Assembly (NCBI GenBank): GCA_036568825.1
Contig: DATCRU010000071.1
Span: 25,383-89,382, forward strand
Direction of reading: 5' to 3'
Length of the DNA stretch: 64,000 bases
Source: Mucilaginibacter sp.
GTDB taxonomy: Bacteria; Bacteroidota; Bacteroidia; Sphingobacteriales; Sphingobacteriaceae
The notes below the pieces were generated by a model. It did not search any database, was not told the DNA's origin, and was given only the letters and a program-made list of their open reading frames with translations. Shown piece after piece: positions 38,819 through 48,543 of this stretch; within the stretch, counting starts at the first letter, position 1, and the number at the start of each line of letters is the position of its first letter. The position numbers and the translations under genes are program-made.

Positions 38819-39154
38819 TTACTTCTTTGATGATTTAGCCCTGGGATTGAAGTCTAGGGCTAAATTTATCCAGTGATCGAAATCCTTTTTATTCTTGAAA
38901 CGCTCGGTACTGATATAAATAAAGCCTTTCATGTGTTTTCCGCCATGAACCATTGGACGGATGCCGGGTTCTTCTACCAGTTGCTCGGTAAGGTCAGGGT
39001 CGAGGCGAAGCATGAGTTCATTACCACTTACACTGACGCACATTTTATCATCGACCATAAAGGTAACGCCGCGAAACATTTTCTTTTCTTCCACATTCGG
39101 AATATCTGCTAACGCCTCACGAACGCGGTCGGCTAATTTTTCATCGTATGCCAT
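38819..39154 (-). CDS. TfoX/Sxy N-terminal-domain protein
   Basis: 111 aa. MAYDEKLADRVREAL...MFRGVTFMV.. is typical of the TfoX_N domain. Confidence 0.7.
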   Translation of the reverse strand: MAYDEKLADRVREALADIPNVEEKKMFRGVTFMVDDKMCVSVSGNELMLRLDPDLTEQLVEEPGIRPMVHGGKHMKGFIYISTERFKNKKDFDHWINLALDFNPRAKSSKK

Positions 39155-39178
39155 AGGGTTGTTGCTGAGTATGTTAAA

Positions 39179-40450
39179 TTAAACATTTTTCAATTTACCC
39201 AGTTTGTTGATCTTATTCTTTATCACTTTTTTATCAGCTGCAACACGAGATAGTTTTAGAGCATGCTGCAAATGCTCGATTGCTTTTTGAATATCTATCT
39301 CACTATAAAGTTCGCCCAAAAGACAATGATATAAGTGATTATTATCCAGGTTGAGTTTTTCGGCTTCGATAATGGCCTCTTCATTACCATAAACTTTTGA
39401 TAAGGCATAGGTCCTGTTTAATGCGGCTATAGGGGAATACTCCATCATTAGTAATTGATTGTAAAGACTAAGTATCTTTTCCCACTTCTGCTTTTCATTA
39501 TTTGTTGTGGTATGCCAATAGGCTATTGCAGCTTCCCAATGATACTTTGATAAGTGGTTACCTGTGGACGCTCTATTCAGATAACGTTCTCCTTGTAAAA
39601 TTAACTCATTATCCCACAACGAAGTATCCTGGTCTTCGTAAAGTATCAGTTCGCCATTAGAGTCAACCCTCGCTTCAAATCGGGAAGCATGAAAACACAT
39701 CAAAGCAAGCAAAGCGTTTACCGCAGGTTTGTTTGTCGCTTCGTTTTCAGTCAACATATGCGTTAACCGCATAGCTTCGAGGCACAAGTCTTTTCTTAAA
39801 ACTGCATTGTTGTTTGACGAGTAATACCCTTCGTTAAACAATAAGTAAAGAGTGGTCAGCACATTTTCGATCCGTTTATCGATCTCATTTTCTGAGGGGA
39901 GTTCGATCTTTACATTATCCTGCTTCAGTTTTTCTTTTGCGCGATACAGGCGTTTATTAATGGTTTCCTTGTTGGTCAGGAAAGCATCCGCAATTTCATC
40001 AATGCTAAAACTACAAAGGATACGGAGCGATAAGCCAATTTGGGCCTCCGGAGGAATGCCAGGATAACAAATAGCAAACATCATCTGCAACTGGCTATCC
40101 TGTATATTTTGTACCGAAAGATCGATCTCTATTTCGTGATTATCATCGGTGGCATATTGTATTTGTGGAGATATTTTCTGAGAGAAGAGTGCATTCCGCT
40201 TTAGCAGGTCTTTTGCTTTATTCTTGGCGACAGTATAAAGCCATGCAGCCGGGTTTTGCGGAATTCCTTTTAAACCCCAGGTTTCAGCTGCCAGCAGAAA
40301 TGTATCGCCTACAAGGTCTTCAGCAATAGAAATATGTTCTATACCCAATGACCGGCACAGCACAGCAGTAATTTTCCTGAACTCTGTCCGGTATAGGTAT
40401 GGTATTAGTTCCTTCTCCTGCATAAATAGAAAGGCTTCTGCCCAATGCAA
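39179..40450 (-). CDS. ECF sigma factor with long C-terminal TPR-like extension (ECF42-type)
   Basis: Sigma region 2 (DLVGDTFLLAAE..PAAWLYTVAKNKAKDLLKR), region 4 (FSIDEIADAFLTNKETINKRLYRAKEKL) and a ~220-aa helical-repeat extension. Adjacent to YCII/DGPF genes. The start may be the Met at 40423. Confidence 0.8.
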   Translation of the reverse strand: MHWAEAFLFMQEKELIPYLYRTEFRKITAVLCRSLGIEHISIAEDLVGDTFLLAAETWGLKGIPQNPAAWLYTVAKNKAKDLLKRNALFSQKISPQIQYATDDNHEIEIDLSVQNIQDSQLQMMFAICYPGIPPEAQIGLSLRILCSFSIDEIADAFLTNKETINKRLYRAKEKLKQDNVKIELPSENEIDKRIENVLTTLYLLFNEGYYSSNNNAVLRKDLCLEAMRLTHMLTENEATNKPAVNALLALMCFHASRFEARVDSNGELILYEDQDTSLWDNELILQGERYLNRASTGNHLSKYHWEAAIAYWHTTTNNEKQKWEKILSLYNQLLMMEYSPIAALNRTYALSKVYGNEEAIIEAEKLNLDNNHLYHCLLGELYSEIDIQKAIEHLQHALKLSRVAADKKVIKNKINKLGKLKNV

Positions 40451-40481
40451 TATTAGGCAGAAGCTTGTTAAAATTCACATT

Positions 40482-40832
40482 TTAACCATTCATCTGGATA
40501 ATGTCTCTTATCTCAACGTTGCCGTGAGGGACGTTCAGCATCGGGCAGCTTTTAGCCATTTCCAAAGCCTCTTCTATAGATTCAGCTCTAAAGATACTCA
40601 GGCCACCTACGATTTCCTTAACTTCGGCATAAGGGCCGTTGGTTATAATGTTGCCTGGTTTTACGGTACGCCCTTCGTTGCCTAACCGCATGCCGGGAGA
40701 AACCAGCTTATTTTGTGCGGCGATGCCGCCCATCCAGTTCTCCCATTCTTTTGATATTTCAAGATTTCCGTCAGCTGTCAGTTTGATCTCGCCCATAGGT
40801 TCAGAGCGGTATATCATTGCAAATTCTTTCAT
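40482..40832 (-). CDS. YCII/DGPF-domain protein, paralog 1
   Basis: 116 aa sharing W..W...I, GPYAE.KE..GG and a ..VE[IV]R.. C-terminus with the next two genes. Confidence 0.8.
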   Translation of the reverse strand: MKEFAMIYRSEPMGEIKLTADGNLEISKEWENWMGGIAAQNKLVSPGMRLGNEGRTVKPGNIITNGPYAEVKEIVGGLSIFRAESIEEALEMAKSCPMLNVPHGNVEIRDIIQMNG

Positions 40833-40855
40833 CTGTTTTAAATTTTAAATAAAAC

Positions 40856-41206
40856 TCAATTAGCTCCCATTGGAACGATGTTTCTCACCTCGACACTTCC
40901 TCCGGCGTTCAGGATAGGACAGCCTTTTGCTATCTCTGTCGCTTCATTTATATCACCGGCATTTACAACAATGATCCCGGTTATCATTTCCTTGATCTCG
41001 GCATAAGGGCCGTTGGTAACCACATTGGACGGTTTTATAGCTTTCCCCTCACCACCCAGTCGGGTGCCAGGGTTGGCCAATTGCCCTTTAGCGGCCATAC
41101 CGCCCATCCACACCTGCCATTGTTTCATAATATCCTGCAGTTTCTCTGGTGAGTACCCTGTTTCAGGATGAAAATCGTTTCTGAAGATTAATGCAAATTC
41201 GTTCAT
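40856..41206 (-). CDS. YCII/DGPF-domain protein, paralog 2
   Basis: Starts at MNEFALIF (41206). The longer track ORF (41248) would run through the predicted promoter. Confidence 0.8.
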   Translation of the reverse strand: MNEFALIFRNDFHPETGYSPEKLQDIMKQWQVWMGGMAAKGQLANPGTRLGGEGKAIKPSNVVTNGPYAEIKEMITGIIVVNAGDINEATEIAKGCPILNAGGSVEVRNIVPMGAN

Positions 41207-41236
41207 GATTTTAATTTTTTTGGTTTTATAACCTAG

Positions 41237-41264
41237 TGACGAACGCACCGGCCATTATTGGACA
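41237..41264 (-). promoter_or_regulatory. ECF-type promoter candidate TGTCCA-N17-CGTCA upstream of YCII paralog 2
   Basis: The minus strand reads tgtcca-ataatggccggtgcgtt-cgtca. The CGTC element lies about 32 nt before the ATG. It has the same layout as the motif at 41650-41677. Confidence 0.45.
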
Positions 41265-41279
41265 AAAATTTTTTAATTT

Positions 41280-41621
41280 TTATTCATGCGTGTATAAACC
41301 GCGTATTTCAATACTTCCCGAACCCACTATCGGGGCGCTTTTGGCAATGTGGGCAGCCTCATCAATTGAGTTGGCCCGAATAATAAGATACCCTCCGATA
41401 ATTTCTTTAGTTTCAACAAAAGGACCGTTGGTGATTATTTTACCTCCTCTGATCGTTCTGCCGTCATTGCTCAAACGGTTGCCGCGGCTAACCAGGATAT
41501 CTCTGGCGATGATGTCGCTCACCCATTTTTCCCAAACGGCCATTCCTGCCTGCATTTCTTCAGGAGAGAAATTTTCCTCAGGCAAGCCTTCTAATCTGAT
41601 GATCATTACAAATTCTTTCAT
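41280..41621 (-). CDS. YCII/DGPF-domain protein, paralog 3
   Basis: Starts at MKEFVMII (41621). The longer track ORF (41678) would include the predicted promoter. Confidence 0.8.
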   Translation of the reverse strand: MKEFVMIIRLEGLPEENFSPEEMQAGMAVWEKWVSDIIARDILVSRGNRLSNDGRTIRGGKIITNGPFVETKEIIGGYLIIRANSIDEAAHIAKSAPIVGSGSIEIRGLYTHE

Positions 41622-41649
41622 GGTTCTGATTTTTGGTTTTTTAGGCGAA

Positions 41650-41677
41650 TGACGATCCCGAAAAGCAAAACAGGACA
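41650..41677 (-). promoter_or_regulatory. ECF-type promoter candidate TGTCCT-N17-CGTCA upstream of YCII paralog 3
   Basis: The minus strand reads tgtcct-gttttgcttttcgggat-cgtca. The CGTC element lies about 30 nt before the ATG. Confidence 0.45.
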
Positions 41678-41698
41678 AAGCTTCTTGAATTTTTTTAT

Positions 41699-42214
41699 TT
41701 ACCCAGAAAAATGAAATATTCCTTCGCCTAAACCTTCACGGATGTGTTCAGCAATGGTTTCGGCATCGCTTTCGTTATCATAAATGATGTGTTTTTGAAC
41801 TTCGTCAAAAGCGTCATAAAGCTTTTCATAGTGGCTGTAATCCTTAATTTGTCCTTCAGAGCGTTCGATCGCGCGCCTGGTACAAATAAATTTATCGGGA
41901 CGGATCACTACATAATCCAGCGGTATTTCCCTTCGTTTTAAAATTTTCAGAAGCCGGTCAAGGTAACGGGGTGGAACAGAAAAATCAAGGATTATCTCAT
42001 AACCACTCAATGCAAAAGGAATAGCGGCAGCTGTCATAGCACTCATGATCACGCCAAAATTTTTCTTCGGACTGCCAATACTCTTACCAATAAATGACCA
42101 GAACACATCGCCCTCGATATGAACGATGGGTTCGTAGGCTGCCTTCACCAGCTCACGGGCTACTGTAGTTTTTCCTGCACCGACGGGCCCGGAAAGTAAA
42201 ATAATTGGTTTCAT
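41699..42214 (-). CDS. P-loop kinase-like ATPase (AAA_33 / chloramphenicol-phosphotransferase-like)
   Basis: 171 aa with Walker A GPVGAGKTT at the N-terminus and a small NMP-kinase-like size. Confidence 0.65.
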   Translation of the reverse strand: MKPIILLSGPVGAGKTTVARELVKAAYEPIVHIEGDVFWSFIGKSIGSPKKNFGVIMSAMTAAAIPFALSGYEIILDFSVPPRYLDRLLKILKRREIPLDYVVIRPDKFICTRRAIERSEGQIKDYSHYEKLYDAFDEVQKHIIYDNESDAETIAEHIREGLGEGIFHFSG

Positions 42215-42270
42215 GATTTTCGATAGGCATTTAGGTCATTAATTTATACTTTTATTTTAAATATAAACCG

Positions 42271-43377
42271 ATGAAAAAACGCCTTACCTTCTTATTTCTT
42301 GTTTTAACAGCATTATTGAAGACCTACGCTACTAATAAACCAGAATCTGATTCTATATTAAAGATCATGGATAAAGTTGCTGACTGGCAATTGAACGAGT
42401 GGCAGCAGCACCGGCACGGTCATAACAAATGGGACTGGACAATGGGCGCCTGTTATACAGGATACATAGCACTGAACCAGGTAGGGCACAATCCAAAATA
42501 TGTGAACGCCATGCGGAGTATAGGAGATAGCCTGAAATGGAACACCGGCCCGAGGCGTACTATGGCCGATGACTATTGCATAGCGCAAACTTATACACAG
42601 TTATATGAGATTTTTAAAAAACCTGAAATGATCGCGCGTTTTAAAGCTCAGGCTGACAGCATTATCGCCAAACCGCATGATGAATCGCTGGAGTGGAAGA
42701 ACAACATAGCCAACCGTGAATGGGCATGGTGCGATGCCTTGTTTATGGGCCCGCCTGCCTTTGCTTATTTGTCTACTGCTACTCATGATCAAAAGTACCT
42801 TGATTTTGCTGTAAAAATGTGGTTCAAAACAACCGATTACCTATTCGACAAGGATGAGAACCTTTATTACAGAGACGGTCGTTTCTTTACCCAAAAGGAA
42901 AAAAACGGGCAAAAGGTATTCTGGTCAAGGGGAAATGGCTGGGTGATGGGAGGGCTGGTTAGAATGTTGTCTAATATGCCTGAAAATTATCCATCAAGAG
43001 CTCATTTTGTTGATCTATACAAAAAGATGGCCGAGAAAATAGCCAAACTGCAAAATGCTGATGGTACGTGGCATGCTGCTTTGCTCGATCCTGATAGTTA
43101 CCCGGTAAAAGAGACCAGCGGAACCGGTTTTTATTGCTACGCACTGGCCTATGGCATTAATCACGGTTTGCTGCCTTATGATAAATATCATGGTGTGGTT
43201 GAAAAAGCCTGGGCTGCATTAGTATCGTCTGTTCATACTGACGGCAAGCTGGGCAATGTACAGCAGATAGGTGAGAAGCCAGAAACCGTAACCAATGACG
43301 ACACTGAAGTTTATGGCGTTGGTGCATTTTTATTAGCCGGATCTGAAGTGTATAGGCTGAAGCTGAACCATCATTAA
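42271..43377 (+). CDS. GH105/GH88-family unsaturated glycuronyl (rhamnogalacturonyl) hydrolase
   Basis: Signal peptide. WSRGNGW motif and (alpha/alpha)6-type sequence like YteR/YesR. Confidence 0.8.
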   Translation: MKKRLTFLFLVLTALLKTYATNKPESDSILKIMDKVADWQLNEWQQHRHGHNKWDWTMGACYTGYIALNQVGHNPKYVNAMRSIGDSLKWNTGPRRTMADDYCIAQTYTQLYEIFKKPEMIARFKAQADSIIAKPHDESLEWKNNIANREWAWCDALFMGPPAFAYLSTATHDQKYLDFAVKMWFKTTDYLFDKDENLYYRDGRFFTQKEKNGQKVFWSRGNGWVMGGLVRMLSNMPENYPSRAHFVDLYKKMAEKIAKLQNADGTWHAALLDPDSYPVKETSGTGFYCYALAYGINHGLLPYDKYHGVVEKAWAALVSSVHTDGKLGNVQQIGEKPETVTNDDTEVYGVGAFLLAGSEVYRLKLNHH

Positions 43378-43467
43378 TTGTAACAATCAGCCGACATTAG
43401 GATAGTATCGTGTTCAATCTATAAATTAGGGCCGATATCCCGTATAAACCACCAAATCAAACCTAAA

Positions 43468-46400
43468 TTGAAAACAGGTATTTTAACATTTACCCTGCTT
43501 GTGCTGTGCTGCACGCTAAGCATGGGTCAAAGCAAATTTCATGGCTTCGACAACAAGGAAAACGGCACTTCTTTTTATCAGAAACGGCTACAGGACTCGG
43601 ATGCCGTTTACTTTACGCCTGATAAGTATACCGTAAAAGCAAACGGCTCAGCCGATGTTTCCGATGCATTACAACAAGCTATTAATGATCTGAAAACAAG
43701 CCATAATTTTGGAATCCTGTTTATCCCGGAAGGAACTTATCGGATCAGCAAAACCATCTATATACCGCAGGCAATTAGACTGATCGGCTATGGAAAAAAA
43801 CGGCCGGTGATTATTCTTGCCGAAAATTCACCCGGATTCCAGAAACCTGATAGTACCGACAAAGGCAAGGCAAAATATATGTTCTGGTTTACCAGCAGCA
43901 TCCCTCAGCCAGGCAAAAAGATCAACGATGCAGGTGCAGGAACATTTTATAGCGCTATGTCGAACATCAATTTACAGATCGAAGATGGCAATCCGTATGC
44001 GGTTGCTTTGCGCACGCATTATGCTCAGCATAGCTTTATTTCGCATGTAGATATTAATATCGGTAATGGTAAAGCCGGGATGTTTGATGTAGGTAATGAG
44101 ATGCACGATGTAAGATTCTTTGGTGGTGAATACGGTATTTATACCACCAAGCCATCACCCGGCTGGCAGTTTATGACCATTGATACTTACTTTGAAGGAC
44201 AACGCAAAGCGGCGATCCGAACACGAGAAGCTGGACTGACAATGGTTAGAATGCATGCAAAAAATGTTCCAACGGTAATAGATATCGAACCCAATTATAT
44301 CGAAAAGCTGTTTATGGAAGATTGCCGCTTTGAAGACATAAATGGAGCCGCTATCAATGTCAGCGAAGAAAATAATGCCGGTAATCAAATCAGCCTGAGA
44401 AATGTGGTATGTCGCAATGTGCCGGTATTCGTCAAGTACCGGCAAAGCGGCGACCAGGTAACAGGCAATGGCAGCATTTACCTGGTGAAAAACTATCTGC
44501 ATGGTTTGCAAATGGAAAGCCTGCATGCTGATCCGGTGATCAATAGCATAAAGAATATCGAGCCGTTAAAGCAAATGCCTGCAGTATTTAAAAGCGATAT
44601 TCCTGATCTGCCTAATATAGATACATGGGTTAATCTGAAAACCTTAGGCGCAATGGGGGATGGGGTAACTGATGATACAAAAGCTATTCAGGATGCAATA
44701 GATAAATACCCGACAATTTATGTTCCAACAGGATGGTATCGTGTAAGCCAAACCATCAAACTAAAGCCCAACACGGTTTTGATAGGATTGAGCCCGATCG
44801 CAACGCAATTTATATTAGCAAATAACACCGAAGGCTTTGGAAGCTTCGGTGGACCGAAAGCTTTATTGGAGAGCTCAAAAGGAGGGAAGAATATTGTAAC
44901 GGGCATAGGCTTGTCAACCAGCGCAGATAACCCGAGGGCCGTTGCCTGTAAATGGATGGCAGGCGAAGGTTCTTACCTGAATGATGTGAAATTCATAGGT
45001 GGCCATGGTGGGATGGAGAGGCTTGGTAAAAAGACGGGAACTTCGTCTGATGTAAAAGCCTATCGCAATGGTAATGGCAACGATCCCTCATGGGATACAC
45101 AATACTGGAGCTTATGGATAACCGATGGTGGTGGCGGAACTTTTGAAAATATCTGGTCGGCAAACACTTATGCTTCAGCCGGAACTTATGTATCCAATAC
45201 CAGTACGCCGGGAAGAATTTATGCGATGTCTATAGAGCACCATGTTCGCAATGAAGTTCGTTTCAATAACGTATCGAATTTCAAAGTGTATGCGATGCAA
45301 CTGGAGGAGGAGAGTCGGGAAAGTACCGAATGCCAGCCTATGGAACTGGAGAATTGTCATGATATGGTTTTCGCCAACCTATATATGTTCAGAGTGATCC
45401 GGGTGATAAAACCTTACCCTTATTCCATCCGAAATTGGGGATCATCAGATATTGAGTTTTTGAATGTACACAATTACAGCCAGATTAAATATACAACTGA
45501 TAACCCGCTGTATGACGTGAATAGGAACATGACTGTTCGCCCATGGGAGTTTAATCGCCTTTATATCAACAAGAGTGATGAGATGTCGTCTGTCAATCAG
45601 TCAACAGAAATACAAAAATTGGCTACCGGATTTGAATTTGCCGAAGGCATTTGCAGCGACAGCAAAGGCAATGTTTATTTCTGCGATTCGAGAATGAGGC
45701 GGATATATAAATGGTCGGCTGATAGTAAGCGTATGAGTTTGTTAGCCGATTATCATTGGGAACCGTTATCGTTATCATGCGATAAGAATGATAACCTGCT
45801 GGTTGTCTTTAAGTATGTTCCAAAACCTGATTATTTGATAGATGGCAAACCAGAGGTATTTACCAATCCGCCCGATGCATCGGGAACATCCTTTAGCGGC
45901 TGGGGTAATTCGGGTTTTGCAACCTGGGTGTATTCAGTCGATCCAAATAACCCGGATGAAACCATTAGGTTGTTGCCTAAGGCGCCTATTGGTTCTGTGA
46001 AGCAAGTTTATAAAGCATTATATCCGGGCCATCGCTGGCGCGATTATCATGATTTCAATACCGTTACCATAAATAAGCCAACTGAATGTTTTGTAGCGCC
46101 GGACGGGGTAACGACCATTCCTGTTGTATACGATTTGGCAAGATCAACCTGTTTATCAGAAGGTTTTCCTGGTAAACCAATGTATGTTTCGGATGAGTAT
46201 GATAAACGGACCGTCAGTGTAAATATCAGCCCGGAAGGCTATGCATCAGACCTGAAATATTTTACTGAAAAGGGTGAATTTGGAAGCACAGTAGACGGTA
46301 ACGGCAATGTTTATATAGCAGACGGGCAGGTGTATATTTTTGATCCGTTAGGTAAACAAACAGGCATCATAAAAGTACCTGAAAGGCCGGGTTCGCTTAC

Positions 46401-46473
46401 ATTTGGAGGGAAAGATGGTAAAACGCTCTATATCACCGGAGAAACATCGCTTTACAGCGTAACTTTAAAATAA
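43468..46473 (+). CDS. Secreted fusion protein: two pectate-lyase-superfamily beta-helix modules (Pectate_lyase_3/GH55-like) plus a C-terminal SMP-30/gluconolactonase/LRE-like beta-propeller
   Basis: A TTG start gives a good signal peptide. GDGVTDDTKAIQDAID motif (aa ~396) and a degenerate first copy (VSDALQQAINDL). C-terminal SGL-type repeats (EGICSDSKGNVYFCD.., GNVYIADGQVYIFD, LTFGGKDGKTLYIT). Confidence 0.75.
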   Translation: MKTGILTFTLLVLCCTLSMGQSKFHGFDNKENGTSFYQKRLQDSDAVYFTPDKYTVKANGSADVSDALQQAINDLKTSHNFGILFIPEGTYRISKTIYIPQAIRLIGYGKKRPVIILAENSPGFQKPDSTDKGKAKYMFWFTSSIPQPGKKINDAGAGTFYSAMSNINLQIEDGNPYAVALRTHYAQHSFISHVDINIGNGKAGMFDVGNEMHDVRFFGGEYGIYTTKPSPGWQFMTIDTYFEGQRKAAIRTREAGLTMVRMHAKNVPTVIDIEPNYIEKLFMEDCRFEDINGAAINVSEENNAGNQISLRNVVCRNVPVFVKYRQSGDQVTGNGSIYLVKNYLHGLQMESLHADPVINSIKNIEPLKQMPAVFKSDIPDLPNIDTWVNLKTLGAMGDGVTDDTKAIQDAIDKYPTIYVPTGWYRVSQTIKLKPNTVLIGLSPIATQFILANNTEGFGSFGGPKALLESSKGGKNIVTGIGLSTSADNPRAVACKWMAGEGSYLNDVKFIGGHGGMERLGKKTGTSSDVKAYRNGNGNDPSWDTQYWSLWITDGGGGTFENIWSANTYASAGTYVSNTSTPGRIYAMSIEHHVRNEVRFNNVSNFKVYAMQLEEESRESTECQPMELENCHDMVFANLYMFRVIRVIKPYPYSIRNWGSSDIEFLNVHNYSQIKYTTDNPLYDVNRNMTVRPWEFNRLYINKSDEMSSVNQSTEIQKLATGFEFAEGICSDSKGNVYFCDSRMRRIYKWSADSKRMSLLADYHWEPLSLSCDKNDNLLVVFKYVPKPDYLIDGKPEVFTNPPDASGTSFSGWGNSGFATWVYSVDPNNPDETIRLLPKAPIGSVKQVYKALYPGHRWRDYHDFNTVTINKPTECFVAPDGVTTIPVVYDLARSTCLSEGFPGKPMYVSDEYDKRTVSVNISPEGYASDLKYFTEKGEFGSTVDGNGNVYIADGQVYIFDPLGKQTGIIKVPERPGSLTFGGKDGKTLYITGETSLYSVTLK

Positions 46474-46504
46474 TCTGCTTAATTTAACCTGCAAAACCTC
46501 AATT

Positions 46505-47347
46505 ATGATCTTCACCATTAAATCCTTACTAAGACTGCTTGTCTGCTTGTTTTTATGTATAACTATTTCAGATAGCATCGCCCAAACCAACAAAAAACAT
46601 TTTAATGTGATCGCCTTTTATACTGGTCGAAATGATCAAGCACACATTAGCTTCATGCATGAAGCGCACAAATGGTTCTCTGAAATGGGGAAGAAATATA
46701 ATTTCACTTATGACTCAACCAAAGATTGGTCAAACATGAATGCTAAATTCCTGGCCAAATACCAGGCGGTTGTGTTTTTGGACACAAGAGTAGAAGATCC
46801 AATTCAACGCAAAGCCTTTGAAGAATATATGAAAAACGGCGGTGGCTGGTTGGGGTTCCACTTTGCAGCATTTGCTTTAACACCTTCTGATTTCAATGCG
46901 GATTGGGATTGGTATCATAATGAGTTCCTGGGTTCAGGACAATATGTAAGCAATACCTGGCGACCGGTATCAGCCTTTTTGAGAGTTGAAGACCACAATC
47001 ACCCGGCAACAAAAGGGCTGCCCGATATCATTAAAGCATCAACAAGTGAATGGTACCGCTGGGAAAAGGACCTGCGCAAAAATCCGGATATCAAAATCTT
47101 GTTATCGGTCGATTCCAGCAGCTTTCCACTCGGTACCGGGCCAAAGCCGAGTGAAATATGGCACAGTGGTTATTATCCTATTGTGTGGACTAATAAAAAC
47201 TATAAAATGGTCTATTTCAACTTTGGTCATAATGATATTGATTACGAGCATCATACCAATAAAGAATTGTCGCACACTTTCCCTAATCCCGACCAGGAAA
47301 AACTAATCATGAATTCATTGATATGGGTGGCAACGGGTAAGAAGTGA
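46505..47347 (+). CDS. ThuA-domain protein (trehalose-utilisation-like), secreted
   Basis: 280 aa with a signal peptide and a ThuA-like class-I glutamine-amidotransferase-like fold sequence (..GGGWLGFH..). Confidence 0.75.
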   Translation: MIFTIKSLLRLLVCLFLCITISDSIAQTNKKHFNVIAFYTGRNDQAHISFMHEAHKWFSEMGKKYNFTYDSTKDWSNMNAKFLAKYQAVVFLDTRVEDPIQRKAFEEYMKNGGGWLGFHFAAFALTPSDFNADWDWYHNEFLGSGQYVSNTWRPVSAFLRVEDHNHPATKGLPDIIKASTSEWYRWEKDLRKNPDIKILLSVDSSSFPLGTGPKPSEIWHSGYYPIVWTNKNYKMVYFNFGHNDIDYEHHTNKELSHTFPNPDQEKLIMNSLIWVATGKK

Positions 47348-47459
47348 ACTAAGTGTAACTGAAACACTATTGTTACAATTACTTCAGTTTTTTTATAGAA
47401 TCAAAGAGTAACTTGGTAAATTAGTTCACCAATATAACAAACCAACCAATTTTACCTTT

Positions 47460-48395
47460 ATGGAAGAACAGCATATTTCCCGTCGCCGGTTTATCGGCAG
47501 TACGGCACTTGCCGCAGCCGGTATGGCACTAGCTTCTAAATCGGTTTTTGCAGGATCATTGTTCCAGGCAAAACCTAATTCATTGATCAATGGCGTGCAA
47601 ATAGGCGTGATCACCTATTCATTCAGAAGCATGCCGAGCACAGCCCAGGACTTACTGCAATACTGCCTGCAATGCAATATCAATGCGATAGAACTAATGG
47701 GTGATGCAGCAGAAGCATTCGCTGGAAAACCAACACGTAACAGCGGCGAAGACGGCCCAACTTATTTTAAACGTGTGGCCGATTGGCGTGCAAGTGTTTC
47801 AATGGATAAATTTAAAGAGCTTCGCAAATTATTCAACGATGCAGGAGTTAAGATATATGCATGGAAACCAAATGCTTTAGGCGCTAAAAACACTGATGCA
47901 GAGATCGATTACGCTTTTAATGCAGGTAAGGCCTTGGGCGTAACACATGTTACCGTTGAATTACCTGCTGACGATAAACAAACTCAGCGCCTGGGTGATA
48001 TTGCCGCCAAACACAAACTATACGTAGGTTATCATGCGCATTTACAAGCCACACCAACTTTGTGGGATAAAGCATTAAGCCAATCAGCATATAATGCAAT
48101 CAACCTGGATATCGGTCACTATACCGCAGGTACCAGTAGCAGTCCGATACCTTTTATTGAAAAAAATCATGCCAGGATCATGAGTCTGCACCTGAAAGAT
48201 AGAAAATATCACGACGGGCCGAACCAACCATGGGGCCAAGGTGATACACCAATTGCTGAAGCACTGCAATTAATGAAGAAGAACAAATACAAGTTCCCTG
48301 CAACTATTGAGCTGGAATATGATATTCCGAAAGATTCTGACGCGGTGAAAGAAGTGATCAAATGCCGCGAATTTGCTGTGAAGGCACTGAGTTAA
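47460..48395 (+). CDS. Xylose-isomerase-like TIM-barrel protein (sugar phosphate isomerase/epimerase family) with Tat signal
   Basis: The twin-arginine motif SRRRFIGSTALAAAGMALA sits at the N-terminus, followed by an AP-endonuclease-2/xylose-isomerase-like barrel. Confidence 0.8.
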   Translation: MEEQHISRRRFIGSTALAAAGMALASKSVFAGSLFQAKPNSLINGVQIGVITYSFRSMPSTAQDLLQYCLQCNINAIELMGDAAEAFAGKPTRNSGEDGPTYFKRVADWRASVSMDKFKELRKLFNDAGVKIYAWKPNALGAKNTDAEIDYAFNAGKALGVTHVTVELPADDKQTQRLGDIAAKHKLYVGYHAHLQATPTLWDKALSQSAYNAINLDIGHYTAGTSSSPIPFIEKNHARIMSLHLKDRKYHDGPNQPWGQGDTPIAEALQLMKKNKYKFPATIELEYDIPKDSDAVKEVIKCREFAVKALS

Positions 48396-48543
48396 TAGTT
48401 TGCAGTTTACGGTAGGCAGTTTGCAGTGAACTTGAATAACACCAGAAGTTAAATTCATTGTGTTATAAAGACACATTATGAATGATTTTTAATTAATTAT
48501 TTCCTACATTAGACGAACAAACCAATAAAACCTATTGAATAAA

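Noticed and set aside
41622-41678. N-terminal extensions given by the ORF track (41678, 41248, 62302, 54068, 50333, 52271, 20674, 35167)
   Set aside because: Internal Met starts give canonical N-termini or signal peptides (MKEFVMII, MNEFALIF, MKLTIHGAA, MKIYQQ, MKTIKLIIL, MPETS, MKIRIKG, MKRSGSA). The extensions run through predicted promoters or upstream genes.
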